The translations under genes and the position numbers were made by a program. Below the pieces are notes generated by a model, which saw only the letters and a list, made by a program, of their open reading frames with translations, was not told the origin of the DNA and did no database searches. DNA of 64,000 nucleotides from Tubiluchus corallicola (lineage: Eukaryota; Animalia; Priapulida): positions 62,001 through 126,000 of the forward strand of contig JAQGDQ010000262.1 of assembly GCA_030141605.1 (NCBI GenBank), in the 5' to 3' direction. Of this stretch, positions 24,316 through 36,363 are shown one piece after another. Position 1 is the stretch's first letter, and every line of letters starts with the position of its first letter.

Positions 24316-25470
24316 TTATATTACACTAGTCATTGTATTTATCTGTGCAGTTGTGTTCTTTCGTACCTTCTGAATATCGATCATCTGTGCGCCTGTTATC
24401 TGTGAAACGTCAACGGTGGTTGGCTCGATTCTCCTGATTCCAAACAGTCTTCGCAGCTCATTGTAGAACTTCTTGTTTAACAAGCAATATATGAAAAAGT
24501 TTGCCCACGGGTCGCTGATCTCGCAGAGGTTCCAGAACAGCGCTATCGTCTGTTCGGAGATGACGGCGAGGTCGTCGGTGATGATGCCGTATAGGACGGT
24601 GATTTCGAACGCGGCTACCGACATGTTGATGACGAGACCCTTAAAGGTGATGACGATGAGTAAAAATGTCGCTCGATTTTCGGCTTCTTTGCGAACAGTT
24701 GCGAAGAACGAAGTCGTGTTGAAGCTGCGCTTTGATTTGTACAGATTGTAGAGCAACAACGTGTTGAAGACGGCCGAAACGATCCAGGGCACCACTTCGA
24801 ATAATGCGATACGGAGGTATGTGTACACTATGAAACCCATGCCGTTGGTAAAGTTAGAGTAAATGGCTTTGTAGCAGGTCGGATCGTCACTTACAGGGTA
24901 AGGAATCTCTACCAGCCAGTAAGGAATATGAAAAGCCAAAATTATTAACATCAGCAATACTGATGTGATGCGTGCCGTCGCGTGGTTGCAGTGGAGTTTA
25001 CCGAAGAGCGGATATTTAATCAGAATGTACCTGTCGACTGCGATCACTGGAGTTATCCAGAAGATCAGACCGACGGATGTGTTTGAAATGGGATAGAACA
25101 CATTAGCTTCATAGGTCGCGTATGCTTTCGTAAAGCATCTGTTGACACCTAGAAAGTCTAGAGTTCTTTTTACAGCTATCGGCAACATTAAAGCCAATGT
25201 TATCATGTCTGTAATTGCCACCACAGTAAGGTATGTATAGGCTGAATGCTGCTGTAATGACTTCTCTATTAGCACTCGGGCACTTAAACAGCATATAAAT
25301 AATCCAAAAAAGCATAATATGGCAATAATCATATAACCAATTGACATCGGAATTCGAACGGCATCTTCCGGAGGCTCAGAGCGGATCATTTTGACGACGT
25401 GGCTTGCGGCACGTAAGCTTGCACTATACGACAGTACTTCACCTGTGCTATTTGGGTCAGTCTTCCTCAT
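24316..25470 (-). CDS. intronless class A (rhodopsin-like) GPCR, FMRFamide-receptor/Srw-like, nested paralogue 1
   Basis: 384 aa from ATG 25470; N-terminal NST sequon; 7 hydrophobic segments; TM2 YLTVVAITD; AVDRY; ECL2 Cys; TM7 NFFIYCLLNKKF. A TAG immediately before GTGATG may be a 5'-UTR intron acceptor. Confidence 0.92.
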   Translation of the reverse strand: MRKTDPNSTGEVLSYSASLRAASHVVKMIRSEPPEDAVRIPMSIGYMIIAILCFFGLFICCLSARVLIEKSLQQHSAYTYLTVVAITDMITLALMLPIAVKRTLDFLGVNRCFTKAYATYEANVFYPISNTSVGLIFWITPVIAVDRYILIKYPLFGKLHCNHATARITSVLLMLIILAFHIPYWLVEIPYPVSDDPTCYKAIYSNFTNGMGFIVYTYLRIALFEVVPWIVSAVFNTLLLYNLYKSKRSFNTTSFFATVRKEAENRATFLLIVITFKGLVINMSVAAFEITVLYGIITDDLAVISEQTIALFWNLCEISDPWANFFIYCLLNKKFYNELRRLFGIRRIEPTTVDVSQITGAQMIDIQKVRKNTTAQINTMTSVI

Positions 25471-25954
25471 CACCTACGAGATGTAAACATTCTTTCTGTA
25501 ATATAAGGCGTGCATGTTTTATAAGCACTTGTTAACTGTTGTTTGTTAACGCTGTACGCACGTGTAATGAAGGCTAGAAGTGCCTTGTTGACGTAACTTG
25601 CTTGCATTGAGTGTAACGTAATTGATTAACGTGCGGATAAGAAAGTTTGTTATTATATTTTAGCTGCTCAATGGCTGCTCAATGCTCAGTTAAACATATT
25701 CAACAACGTTTTGGTGAAAAAGCCTTAATATCACCTGGCAAATGTGATGGAGAAATCTATTTGTTTGTGGGAAAAAATTTGTCTTAACCAAATGCTTAAA
25801 AAATGCTAACATTCACACGATTTCTCCAACTCTGCGTGACTAAAAAGAAACTGTAGTTTTTATATGTTGTTTTTCAAAGTAAAAGGAAGATTTTTCATAT
25901 GCTACCGAGTTTTCAAGTCTGATAAAAAGCACATATTTTGACACAGTTAATACT

Positions 25955-26470
25955 GCAAAAGTGTTTCTGATAATTAACTAATAGATTAAAATCTTAATTA
26001 ATGGCGGGCGAGCCCAACCATTGATGACATCATAAACTAACATAATTTTCAATAACACAAACATTCCACGAGCGTGTTGCGCATGTTTGCGACAGTGAAG
26101 ATTGAAGTACAGTGCTACTGTAAGAGATTCAGTGTGTTGTTTTAAAACTCGTCATATTTTAAGATAGAAATTCAATTTTCAAATTTGCCCTGTGTTCAGG
26201 AATGAACTGCCAAACATGCGCAGTACGTCACAAACGAACACCTCTGAACTGAGAGGTGCAGCACCTGTTTTTGTGCAATGCGTTTTCCAAACGCAGGCGC
26301 TAGTGCCCGTCTAACTAACGAATGGCGAAATGCATGTCACAGCGAAGAACTAGTGGCGCTAAACCGAAATTGCATTTGTGTGGTAATAATTCTTTCACTT
26401 AAATAATTTTTGAGAAAATGGTGTGCTTCCTTTCAATACTTTAAAAAGTTGATTGTTTTGACCTACACTT
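25955..26470 (-). mobile_element. family D inverted copy between the two GPCRs
   Basis: Reverse-complement similarity to 16235-16740. Confidence 0.65.
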
Positions 26471-26794
26471 CTCTTTTAATTGATCAATTTTTTCTAACAA
26501 AGTAGTAAAAACACCCAATTTTGTACAGATAATATTTTTGCCATGTCACTTCTTCTGAGTTTGTGCAGTGCACATTGGACTGCTTGTAGAGGTGTTTGAA
26601 ATTAAGATTTTGACAAAACACTTAGCATTAAGGGGTGATGTTGAAACAAAAAATTCACTCTCTTTTAAGTTGGTAAATATTGTTCTGTGAGGTTCTAGTT
26701 TTTGAACAAATTTCATGAATTATTTGTCATTTAAGATGCATTTGCGTGAGTACTGGTATGGGTGGTATAACTGTTATGGTAACTAATGGTAACT

Positions 26795-27195
26795 CATCAT
26801 CATCATCATCCAATGAATCACACGTCCAGTGACATGATTCTGTTCACCTCCCTATGCCCGGACTCCCTGCTTGCCGCAATGCCCCAAGTGCATTGATTTC
26901 TAAAGATCAATGCTGAAGTGTTTAAATCTTTCTGTATAAAATCTAAATATGTTAACATTTGTCCTCCTGCAGGTTTTTTAGCTGGTTCTATGTCTTGTTG
27001 AAGAGCTATCGTCACTGGAATATCATCAGGCAGTCTAAGCATATGCGCAATCCATCTTAAACGGCGTCTTTTTATTTTTCTTGCCCAAGGCTCTTCTTTT
27101 ATTTTTTCATATAGATCTTTATTTGAAATTTTCTTTGACCATCTAATACCCAAAATGTTTCTGTAATTTCGCCTTTGATGTATTAAACTTTGTAA
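26795..27195 (-). mobile_element. 5'-truncated RTE-like LINE
   Basis: GIRWSKKISNKDLY...IKRRRLRWIAHMLRL; (GAT)n tail; TSD TAATGGTAACT (26784-26794, 27196-27206). Confidence 0.82.
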
Positions 27196-28023
27196 TAATG
27201 GTAACTAATGTAGTATGACTGTTATAACATTCATGAAGGTGCACAAATTTGCAAGAGAGTTAGCATTAAGACATACTTGCAATGAAACCATAATTATCAT
27301 ATTCTAGCATTATCATATATGCATTTATTTTCTGACTTAATACATAACTATTCGATCAAAAATTCTCATCAAACTTCATGTAGTAACTTGCATTACTCAA
27401 AGCAGATAATTTATAATGTTACTATTTTTAAGTTAACATTGCAATTGAAAGTATTACCAGTATTAAAATTTCGGTATCATCATTAAAATATGATATTCTA
27501 AGAGTATGGTCATTGTTTCCAAGTTTTAACAATAAAATAACAGTAAAACTTCCATCACATATTCAAGAGGAATTTCCTGTAAAGAAGTGGTTTTGCAATT
27601 TTCATGTACAAAGATTCCAGTTTGCACAGTAATCTTAATAAAACGTGACTATGCTGAACAGGTTACTGAACACTTTATAATCATGATCACAGTTTTTCTT
27701 AGTTCTCGCTCCATTTCATCTTTCATTCACTACCCCCCCCCCCACTTTTATGTATATATTATCATTATTTCAATTATTAATCACTTCTTTAAGATTTCCA
27801 CGTACAGTTTGGCCTGTCAAGCTATGCTTTTAGGCTCAAACTGTATGCATCCATATTATTCTGTAATGTAATTTGCACATGTATATGCTGCATTTTGTAA
27901 TTTCTGGATAATACTGCATTTGTATTTATATTTACTACAGTGAAATTATCTGTATTTTTATTATAATTGTTAGATGCAGAGTGGAAATAAATAAACTTAT
28001 AGCAAGCAATGTATCAGCTGCAT

Positions 28024-29046
28024 CTATGAATTAGTTACTCTAAATGAAACTGTGGTTATAGGTCTGTTACTTGATGGTTGTGACTCTTCACCATGTTCTG
28101 GTTCAATTCTGTTTCTGCTTAACAGTCTTCTTAGTTCAAAATAGAACTTCTTGTTCAGCAAGCAGTAAAACACAAAGTTTATGGTCGGATTGATAATGTC
28201 ACAGAAATTTTCCACCAACACCAGACTGTTGAACTGCCGAACGCTCAGCGACATCACTCCGGTTTTATAGTAGTAATCCGAAGTAAATATTTCAATAATG
28301 CCCGTGGTTAGATCCAAGATGATTCCCTCGAATATGATCACAATCAACAGTACGGTGAGTCGGTAGTCGGCCTGTTTTCTCAGCAGCGTCTTTCTCGGCA
28401 TTATGCTCTTTTTGTGGCTGGAAAGGTATAAGTTGTACAGAAGGTAGCAGTTTAAGACGGCTGCTAGGATCCACGGAGTAATTTGCACGAAGATGACGTG
28501 AACGTATTGGTAAATGACGTACCACACGTGTTGCGAAATGTTTCTGTATTTGGATTCATAGCAGTCGTTCAGCGAATCTACTGACACAGGTGTCTTGAGA
28601 ATCAGATACGGTATGTGGACTAGCACGCACGTCAGTGCTGCGATTAGTTGCACGTGTCTAGCTTTTTGCGGCGTGCAGTATGTTTTCGACAGGAAGGGAA
28701 ATTTCAGAAAAATGAATCTCTCCAAACCCAACGCTGTCGTGATCCAGATATTAAGTCCAACCGTGTAATTAAGAAGGGGAAAATAGAAATAGGATTCAAA
28801 CACAGACATCCCAATGCCCCAGCACGTCTTTGCGTCAGAGAAAAAAAGGGTCCTTTTAACAGCTAGCGGTATCATAAAAGTTACGGCAAAAAAGTCTGTC
28901 ACGGCTAATCCGATTAGGTAAATATACGAAGAGTGTTTTAGGAAACTTCTGCACATGAGAACGCACACATTTATCATGCAAATAATCATGCCAATGATAC
29001 AGAAAAGGATTATCATTGCATATCCGACTGCTTGTGCAACTGTCAT
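28024..29046 (-). CDS. intronless class A GPCR, FMRFamide-receptor/Srw-like, nested paralogue 2
   Basis: 340 aa; TM2 YLIGLAVTD; LGLERF; TM7 NFVFYCLLNKKFY; shares YCLLNKKFYxELRRLxxxxRIEP with paralogue 1. N-terminus very short, start uncertain. Confidence 0.88.
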   Translation of the reverse strand: MTVAQAVGYAMIILFCIIGMIICMINVCVLMCRSFLKHSSYIYLIGLAVTDFFAVTFMIPLAVKRTLFFSDAKTCWGIGMSVFESYFYFPLLNYTVGLNIWITTALGLERFIFLKFPFLSKTYCTPQKARHVQLIAALTCVLVHIPYLILKTPVSVDSLNDCYESKYRNISQHVWYVIYQYVHVIFVQITPWILAAVLNCYLLYNLYLSSHKKSIMPRKTLLRKQADYRLTVLLIVIIFEGIILDLTTGIIEIFTSDYYYKTGVMSLSVRQFNSLVLVENFCDIINPTINFVFYCLLNKKFYFELRRLLSRNRIEPEHGEESQPSSNRPITTVSFRVTNS

Positions 29047-29895
29047 CGTAGACTTCGTCTTTCTGCTGGTTTAAAGGTGTTGGCGATGATTTGCCTTTTG
29101 AGAGCAACGGCAATTTTTTTCTTCGTTGTGAAAACTACACATGGTATGTGTGTTGTTTTGTTTATGCAGTGTAGAAAGCACACTCACTTTTTTCTAGTTC
29201 ATGTTACAACTGCTACACCATTGTCTTTCAGTTGTTGTTCATATTTTATATTCTTAAAGTATTTGTGTGGTATGTTAGTAAATATTACAAAATCACTTTA
29301 AAGCCTCAATCATCGGGTTTGCCACGAAGTGAACTTTCAACATTTTAGTTTCCTTCCATATGCCTGTTGCTATTCCTTCATACCATTTTCTGCTGCCTTA
29401 AAAGACTATTCTATTAGTCTTTACCATTTTTGCTGATTTCGGAGTAGTATTTCCGATTGCTCCGCACGACTACTGAATTGCTGTACTGCTAACTTTTATT
29501 TAGTTTCTTTCCAGAAATGTTTTCATTTCATAAACAACAATAACATTAATTTTTCACTACTCCGGTCACACTGCTTCTTCATAAATTTCGTGACAGAAAA
29601 CACGTTTGACATTCGTATGTTTGCTTCACCATTCTGTCAGATTATCGCTAGATCGCGCCGTTATTCATGCACGCTCATTACACTTTACGTGCTTGTTATA
29701 ATTTCCCATGCACATACTTCTCTTCTGCATATTAGTTTACATTGCCAGTTCCGAACAACATATTGGTCGGTTTAATTTTGATTATATTAATATCTGAGCT
29801 TAATACATTGTACCGGGCACTGTTGTTGATGCCTTGCTGCTTGTTAATTACTTCTGCAATCTTAGTTTAATGTAACGTAATTTTGTTTTATTGAT

Positions 29896-30340
29896 CAGGG
29901 ATGAGAATATTCGCGGAACTCCGAGTTTTTGGAAGGCCAGTAGTGCCATTTTTGTAAATCGCGTAAATTCGTTGAGAAAATTTTTACAGACCCAGTACAT
30001 TATTTCATAAGCTGACCGCTAGTTGGCAGGCCGTCACTTTGTTTACATCACGTACATCAGTGTAACCATGTGTATATCTCTATGTATAAAAATATAGAAT
30101 CAATTGTGCGGACTTATTTGATTCAATTGCAGACAGTTTTTATATACTTTTGCATAGGAGTGGCCAGTACTCAGGCGTTTTAGAGACAATTAGGTATCAT
30201 GTATCCTTAGTCCACTTAGAGGCTCTCCATGGTCACAAAATTGCAATTTTTTGCCCCTCAAGCCCACTTTTGGGGCCTAGGTGGCCCCAAAACCCCGGCC
30301 TGTTTCAGAGTTTTTTTGCAATTTGTCATTCTCATCCCTG
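29896..30340 (+). mobile_element. hAT-like MITE family B
   Basis: Same TIRs as the 12155 copy; flanks repeat only ATTGAT (6 bp). Confidence 0.85.
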
Positions 30341-30998
30341 ATTGATAATAAGTTACATACATATTAAATGTGAATAGGTTTAATTTGTAAACAGAAGGCA
30401 GGATAGATTTAGTGAGTACGTGCCTACATTTTCAAACTTTTGAAAGCGAATTTAACAGAAAGAAATGTAGCATGTAAACAGTAGGGCTGAATCCAGATTA
30501 ATCCAAGTTATTTGTGACGTTAGTCATGCATATTAACCATTAGACATGCTTCAAGGCCCTACTTTGTCTTTACTGATTATAAAAACAGGTTTGCCTAGAA
30601 ACTTATATAGTGAGAATGTATCTTATAATCTTATGAGTTTATACGTCAGGCTGAATAACAGTGAAAATTTTATATGCAAGAACATTTAAACAGTGATGTA
30701 AACTTTACTTCTGTAATTAGACGTCATTGGCGTAGTTTGTTATATAGTTAATTGTTATTTGTGTTATTGTTGTGTGTCATAATTTATTGTATTATTTGTA
30801 TTAATTTGTAATGTGTTTATGAACTTTGCGAAGTTTGAAATAAAATATTAAATCTAATCTAAATATGTTTCAGAAAGCATAACTTTGTAAGTAAGTATGA
30901 GTTTTATGAAACATACATGTGAAAAATGCTTCGTTCACTATAATTACTGGAGCACCAACATAGCACTGTCTTAGTATAAACATTGGCAATTTTTTCAG

Positions 30999-31202
30999 AT
31001 TTAATGACAAAAGCAGATGTTTTGAAAGAATGGCTGGCGCCCATCAAGAAGATTCCCTCTTTCACTCATGAATGCATAAGCGACCCTTTAGTCCGCTTGC
31101 TTCAGGAGTACGGAGAAGCTCTTAACTCTTTACATCCTGGCTTGATCACGTTGCTGAGGATTTTGAAACACGCCTGTGTTCCTCCTCCGAATGTTCATAC
31201 AG
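30999..31202 (+). CDS. VIRMA: VIRMA exon w15
   Basis: TTTCAG|AT ... G|GTATTC; KEWLAPI...PGLITLLRILKHACVPP. Confidence 0.92.
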
Positions 31203-31744
31203 GTATTCAGTTGTAGTACTTTAACTATCAGCCTATTTATTTTACCTCAGATCATCAAAAATCGCTCTGTAATTTTTTACATTATCATGATATATTATGA
31301 CTTCATTATACATTCGCTTGCTTAAGTCTAAGAATTATGCTTGTGTTATAAAGTATATTTCAGTTGCCATTGTTATTATGTTTCTGTTGTCAGATTTTTA
31401 TTTCAGTTCTGTTTCATTTCTTATTTCAGTTTGATTTATTTCATTTATTTTCAGTTTGATTTTTTTTATTATGCACTTATTATTACTGTGTATGAATTGT
31501 ACTAACACGTTATAAGCATATCAATTTAATTTCATTCGTAACAATTAAATTTTTATTATAAGCAGTACTAACACTAATACACTGTAGCATAGCGCCTATA
31601 AAAATGTTCATCACTAACCAAAGGGCAGCTGACTAGATGACTAATTGGTCTTTCGCTGCCCTTTCTTCACATTTTTGTTTCCAAATTAATTGTATTATAA
31701 CTGTGCGTGTGTTACCAGATAAATAAAAAGATTATTATTATTAT

Positions 31745-31878
31745 TAGTAGTAGTAGTGGTAGTGATAGTGGTAGTGGTAGTGGTAGTGGTAGTGGTAGTG
31801 GTAGTGGTAGTGGTAGTGGTAGTGGTAGTGGTAGTGGTAGTGGTAGTGGTAGTGGTAGTGGTAGTGGTAGTGGTAGTG

Positions 31879-31911
<33 letters not shown>

Positions 31912-31920
31912 ATAGTAGTA
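31745..31920. repeat. (AGTGGT)n/(AGT)n microsatellite
   Basis: Directly visible. Confidence 0.95.
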
Positions 31921-32436
31921 GGTTTAAAGTACTTTTTACAATAACTGATGTATTACAGGCAGTTTCATAACATTCTTAAGTTTCGTGATCACAGGTTATG
32001 ATTGTACTAAAATATAAAGTTTTTCTAGATTTCTTCTATGTTCGTTTTTCTTTTTTCAAACAAAGCAAAACATCACACCGTGTTCTGTTTCTTATCTTAA
32101 CACTTAATCTGGTAAACACAAGTTAGCAAGCTAGACTGTTCGTTAGGCTGAATGGCTGAAATAATTTTTTGCTCAGAATATTGACCAAAAAAAAATTATA
32201 CGTTAATATAGCAGTTTTGCAAACTTTGCAAGACTGCAATGGATCTGACAGCAACATTCGGTCAACGTGACTCGGTCAGCAACGCGTTAACTGTCTATGT
32301 GTCATTGCGGCTTCACGTATAAAATTTGTGGCGTAGAATTCTACTTGTTTCTACCTTAGCAAAACTTATTTATTGTATTTTTAACGTGGATGATGTATTT
32401 AATCTTGAACTGCCAATTTTCATATTTTCTTTGCAG

Positions 32437-32519
32437 AAATCACCGAACTCAAATACAAGTATGCTATTATGAGGCTGTACGAGTTTGATATAATGCCTGT
32501 TCTCCATCACATTCTGCAG
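32437..32519 (+). CDS. VIRMA: VIRMA exon w16
   Basis: TTGCAG|AA ... CAG|GTAATG; ELKYKYAIMRLY. Confidence 0.9.
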
Positions 32520-32549
32520 GTAATGAAAAAACGTACACCAACTTTTTGC

Positions 32550-33787
32550 GGGTTTTCGTACTGGTAATACATTTATAATATACATATAATACGTATATGT
32601 GTTCGTAGGTTTTCGTACTAGTAATACATTTATAATATACATATAATACGTATATGTGTTCGTAGGTTTTCGTACTAGTAATACATTTATAATATACATA
32701 TAATACGTATATGTATTCGTAGGTTTTCATACTGGTAATACATTTATAATATACATATAATACCTATATGTATTCGTAGGTTTTCCTACTGGTAATACAT
32801 TTACAATATACATATAATACGTATATGTATTCGTAGGTTTTCGTACTGCTAATACATTTATAATATACATATAATACCTATATGTATTCGTAGGTTTTCA
32901 TACTGGTAATACATTTAAAATATACATATAATACTTATATGTATTCGTAGGTTTTCATACTGGTAATACATTTACAATATACATATAATACGTATATGTA
33001 TTTGTAGGTTTTCCTACTGGTAATACATTTACAATATACATATAATACGTATATGTATTCGTAGGTTTTCATACTGGCAATACATTTATAATATACATAT
33101 AATACGTTTATGTATTCGTAGGTTTTCATACTGGCAATACATTTATAATATACATATAATACGTATATGTGTTCGTAGGTTTTCGTACTAGTAATACATT
33201 TATAATATACATATAATACGTATATGTGTTCGTAGGTTTTCGTACTAGTAATACATTTATAATATACACATAATACGTATATGTATTCGTAGGTTTTCCT
33301 ACTGGTAATACATTTACAATATACATATAATACGTATATGTATTCGTAGGTTTTCGTACTGGTAATACATTTATAATATACATATAATACCTATATGTAT
33401 TCGTAGGTTTTCATACTGGTAATACATTTAAAATATACATATAATACTTATATGTATTCGTAGGTTTTCATACTGGTAATACATTTACAATATACATATA
33501 ATACGTATATGTATTTGTAGGTTTTCCTACTGGTAATACATTTACAATATACATATAATACGTATATGTATTCGTAGGTTTTCATACTGGCAATACATTT
33601 ATAATATACATATAATACGTTTATGTATTCGTATGTTTTCATACTGGCAATACATTTATAATATACATATAATACGTATATGTATTCGTAGGTTTTCATA
33701 CTGGCAATACATTTATAATATACATACAATACAGATATGTGTTCGTAGGTTTTCGTACTAGTAATACATTTAAAATATACATATAAT
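32550..33787. repeat. 57-bp minisatellite, about 21 copies
   Basis: Unit GTAGGTTTTCGTACTGGTAATACATTTATAATATACATATAATACGTATATGTATTC. Confidence 0.95.
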
Positions 33788-34224
33788 GCAATAGTATTAT
33801 TTGTAGTGGATTGAAGGAAATTCGTCAAAATACAAAATTTCGTATTTACAAACATGGCTGAACATTCACAATGGAATTAAACTTTCCTTAGTAAAATCTA
33901 TTTTGTCTTCGCTAATAAAATTACAACCGATTGCTTCTGTATGTCTTGGCAAGTGTGAGCTGCTAATGCATGTTCAAGTTAAAAGATAAAGAAACAGTTC
34001 TGGACCATTTATAATTCTTGTAGCTGATGTAAATATGTTATTGTATGCAAAATTGTCGGCTTAACGTGTTGATGCTTTTCAATTTTATGACTATTGTAGT
34101 ACATTTTCGATAGCATTAAATGATATTCTTGGGTTTTTATGCTGTAACTAGTTATTCAGTTCAGTAAATTTAGAATAATTAACTTTTTTTGTAACAATCA
34201 AAGTATTCTATTGTTTGCAAACAG

Positions 34225-34365
34225 GCAATTGGTGAAAACCGTGTATCCCTATGGGAACAGAATCAGTCGATGAGTAGTGGTCAAGCTGCTGTTGCCACCG
34301 TGTTGCCAATCTTGAGTATCATCAAGCATACGCTGAGTACACTTATACATAGCTGTGGCCTGGAG
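34225..34365 (+). CDS. VIRMA: VIRMA exon w17
   Basis: AACAG|GCA ... GAG|GTATGT; 141 nt, phase 0/0. Confidence 0.88.
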
Positions 34366-34374
34366 GTATGTTGC

Positions 34375-35036
34375 ATGTGTGCTTGCAAACCAAAACCACC
34401 CATGAGTCGGTATACTTAAAACTACGTTATGATGCTTGAAAGTAATGCATCAAAAATTTGGTCAAATGTCAGTTTCTTTTTTTTTATAAGAACAAATACA
34501 TATTGGACTTTCGTATTCTGACATCAAATTAGCAAGAAAATGTTCAAAAAATACTAAAAATTTAATTTTACAACCCTGTACTCACTTTTCTGGCTAGAAA
34601 CTAGCAATACAATTGTAAAAAAAACTTGTATTTTCAAACTCCAATAGTAGCTCATGGAAGCAGTCATTTTGCTTCTGGTCTTTTTTATTGATAAGCCCAG
34701 ATCTTCGTCAGAAAAAGCCATCTACTGGATTTAAACATAACATCAATGTGCTCTCGCAAAGTCCATAGCAACCAACATTTGTGCTGTTGCTAAGTGTTTT
34801 GTAGGAACATGACAAAAAACAATGGCTGACTTTGACAGCAAGTTTCTTGTGGTAACGTTTTTCACTGCATAGTTTGCACCTCAAGTTCAATGTGAATTAT
34901 CTCATCTTAGAAATAACATAGAGCAATGAGCTTGGCATGAAAATGATCTTCATGATATGGAGATTCAGCATATGTGAATAACTAAAAAAGCTTGGTTGCC
35001 GATTTATAGACAATTTTGCTATGCAAGCACACATAT
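34375..35036 (-). mobile_element. MITE family C
   Basis: Inverted homologue of 522-1164; starts 9 nt after the w17 donor. Confidence 0.8.
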
Positions 35037-36267
35037 TGTGTTTATTTTTCACCATGCCTGACATTGGAGCACCTTAAATTGTGGATCCTGTATGAGACCA
35101 GGAATATGCCGATCCGATGAATAATCGTAGATGTATCCGATGAATAATCGTAGATCGACAAGCAAAGTAGCATACCAGAATAGATCGGCAATAGGGCCGA
35201 TAATGTTAAATTTTCACCTTGAATACACGTAAAATAAACCTTGATTTAGCCTTTTGGTAGCTGTATAATCTGAACAGTTTTTTCAAAAATTCCATTTCAT
35301 TTCACTATTGCCATTTACTTACAAGTGTTGCCATTTTCAAGTGTTGACTGAACCGCAAAACATACGAGTTTGAATAAAGCGAGTTTCAAATGCGTAAAAC
35401 ACAGGTATTTTCAACTTCAAGCTCTGTACCTGTTACGCCGTTGCCAAACTATAATGTTTCTTTCACACCTACAGTTTTACACGAAACATCGTCACTAGTT
35501 ATTTTTCCCCCGCGAGTTGATTTTATGTGCCCATTAAATTAATTGATGCTGATCCTTACAAAGGTAAACTAAAGGTATACTTCATGAAACAATAGCTATA
35601 AACATCACTTACGTACACAAAACTAGTACATAATTACCAATTTACAGAACGACAAAAATGTTATTTTTAAAAAGCATTCATACGCGAAACCACGATGTTT
35701 ATGAGAAACTTTTGCGTGTAAGCACCGTCGCCATGGTGATAAGTTAGGGTGCAAAAGTTGCTTGATTTCTGTGCGATGACGGCTTTGTTTATTGTGCTAT
35801 TTTTGTGGTTTTTCTCAAAAATAAGTACAAATTTCATTAATAATGCTATAGATTTCTGTTGACAACTGAAAAAAATAATCGATGATCAGAAATAGAAGCT
35901 TGAAACGATTATATAATCAATTAATCGGTCCCACGACTAATTTTGAAACAACGATAATTAAAATGGCAGCAATCCGAAGAGTATTCATGATAATAGTTAC
36001 CATAAAGACCTTGACGAGCCAGAGCTAATTGTGGTTTGCAACAAATACTGATAGCACCGATTATGAGTATGATGATGATGATGATGATGATGATGATAAT
36101 GATATTTACAAAAAACAGAATACGTGGTGTAAATTTCATCATTATAACAGGGTGATGATGATAGTGAAGATGGCAGTGAGTGATGCTGCTGATTTTGGCT
36201 GGAACAGTCGTACAAAAATCGTACAAATTTGTGCGTAACACGTTAATGATCTTTGTTTTTGTTTTAG

Positions 36268-36363
36268 TTTCGTGACTTGACAGCTTTGCCATCTTTGTTC
36301 ACCATTCACACTGCACTCTGTTCTACACCTCTACCTGGAATTACATCTGAAGACGTGCAAAAG
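36268..36363 (+). CDS. VIRMA: VIRMA exon w18
   Basis: TTTTAG|TTT ... AAG|GTACTT; FRDLTALPSLFTIHTALCSTP. Confidence 0.92.
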
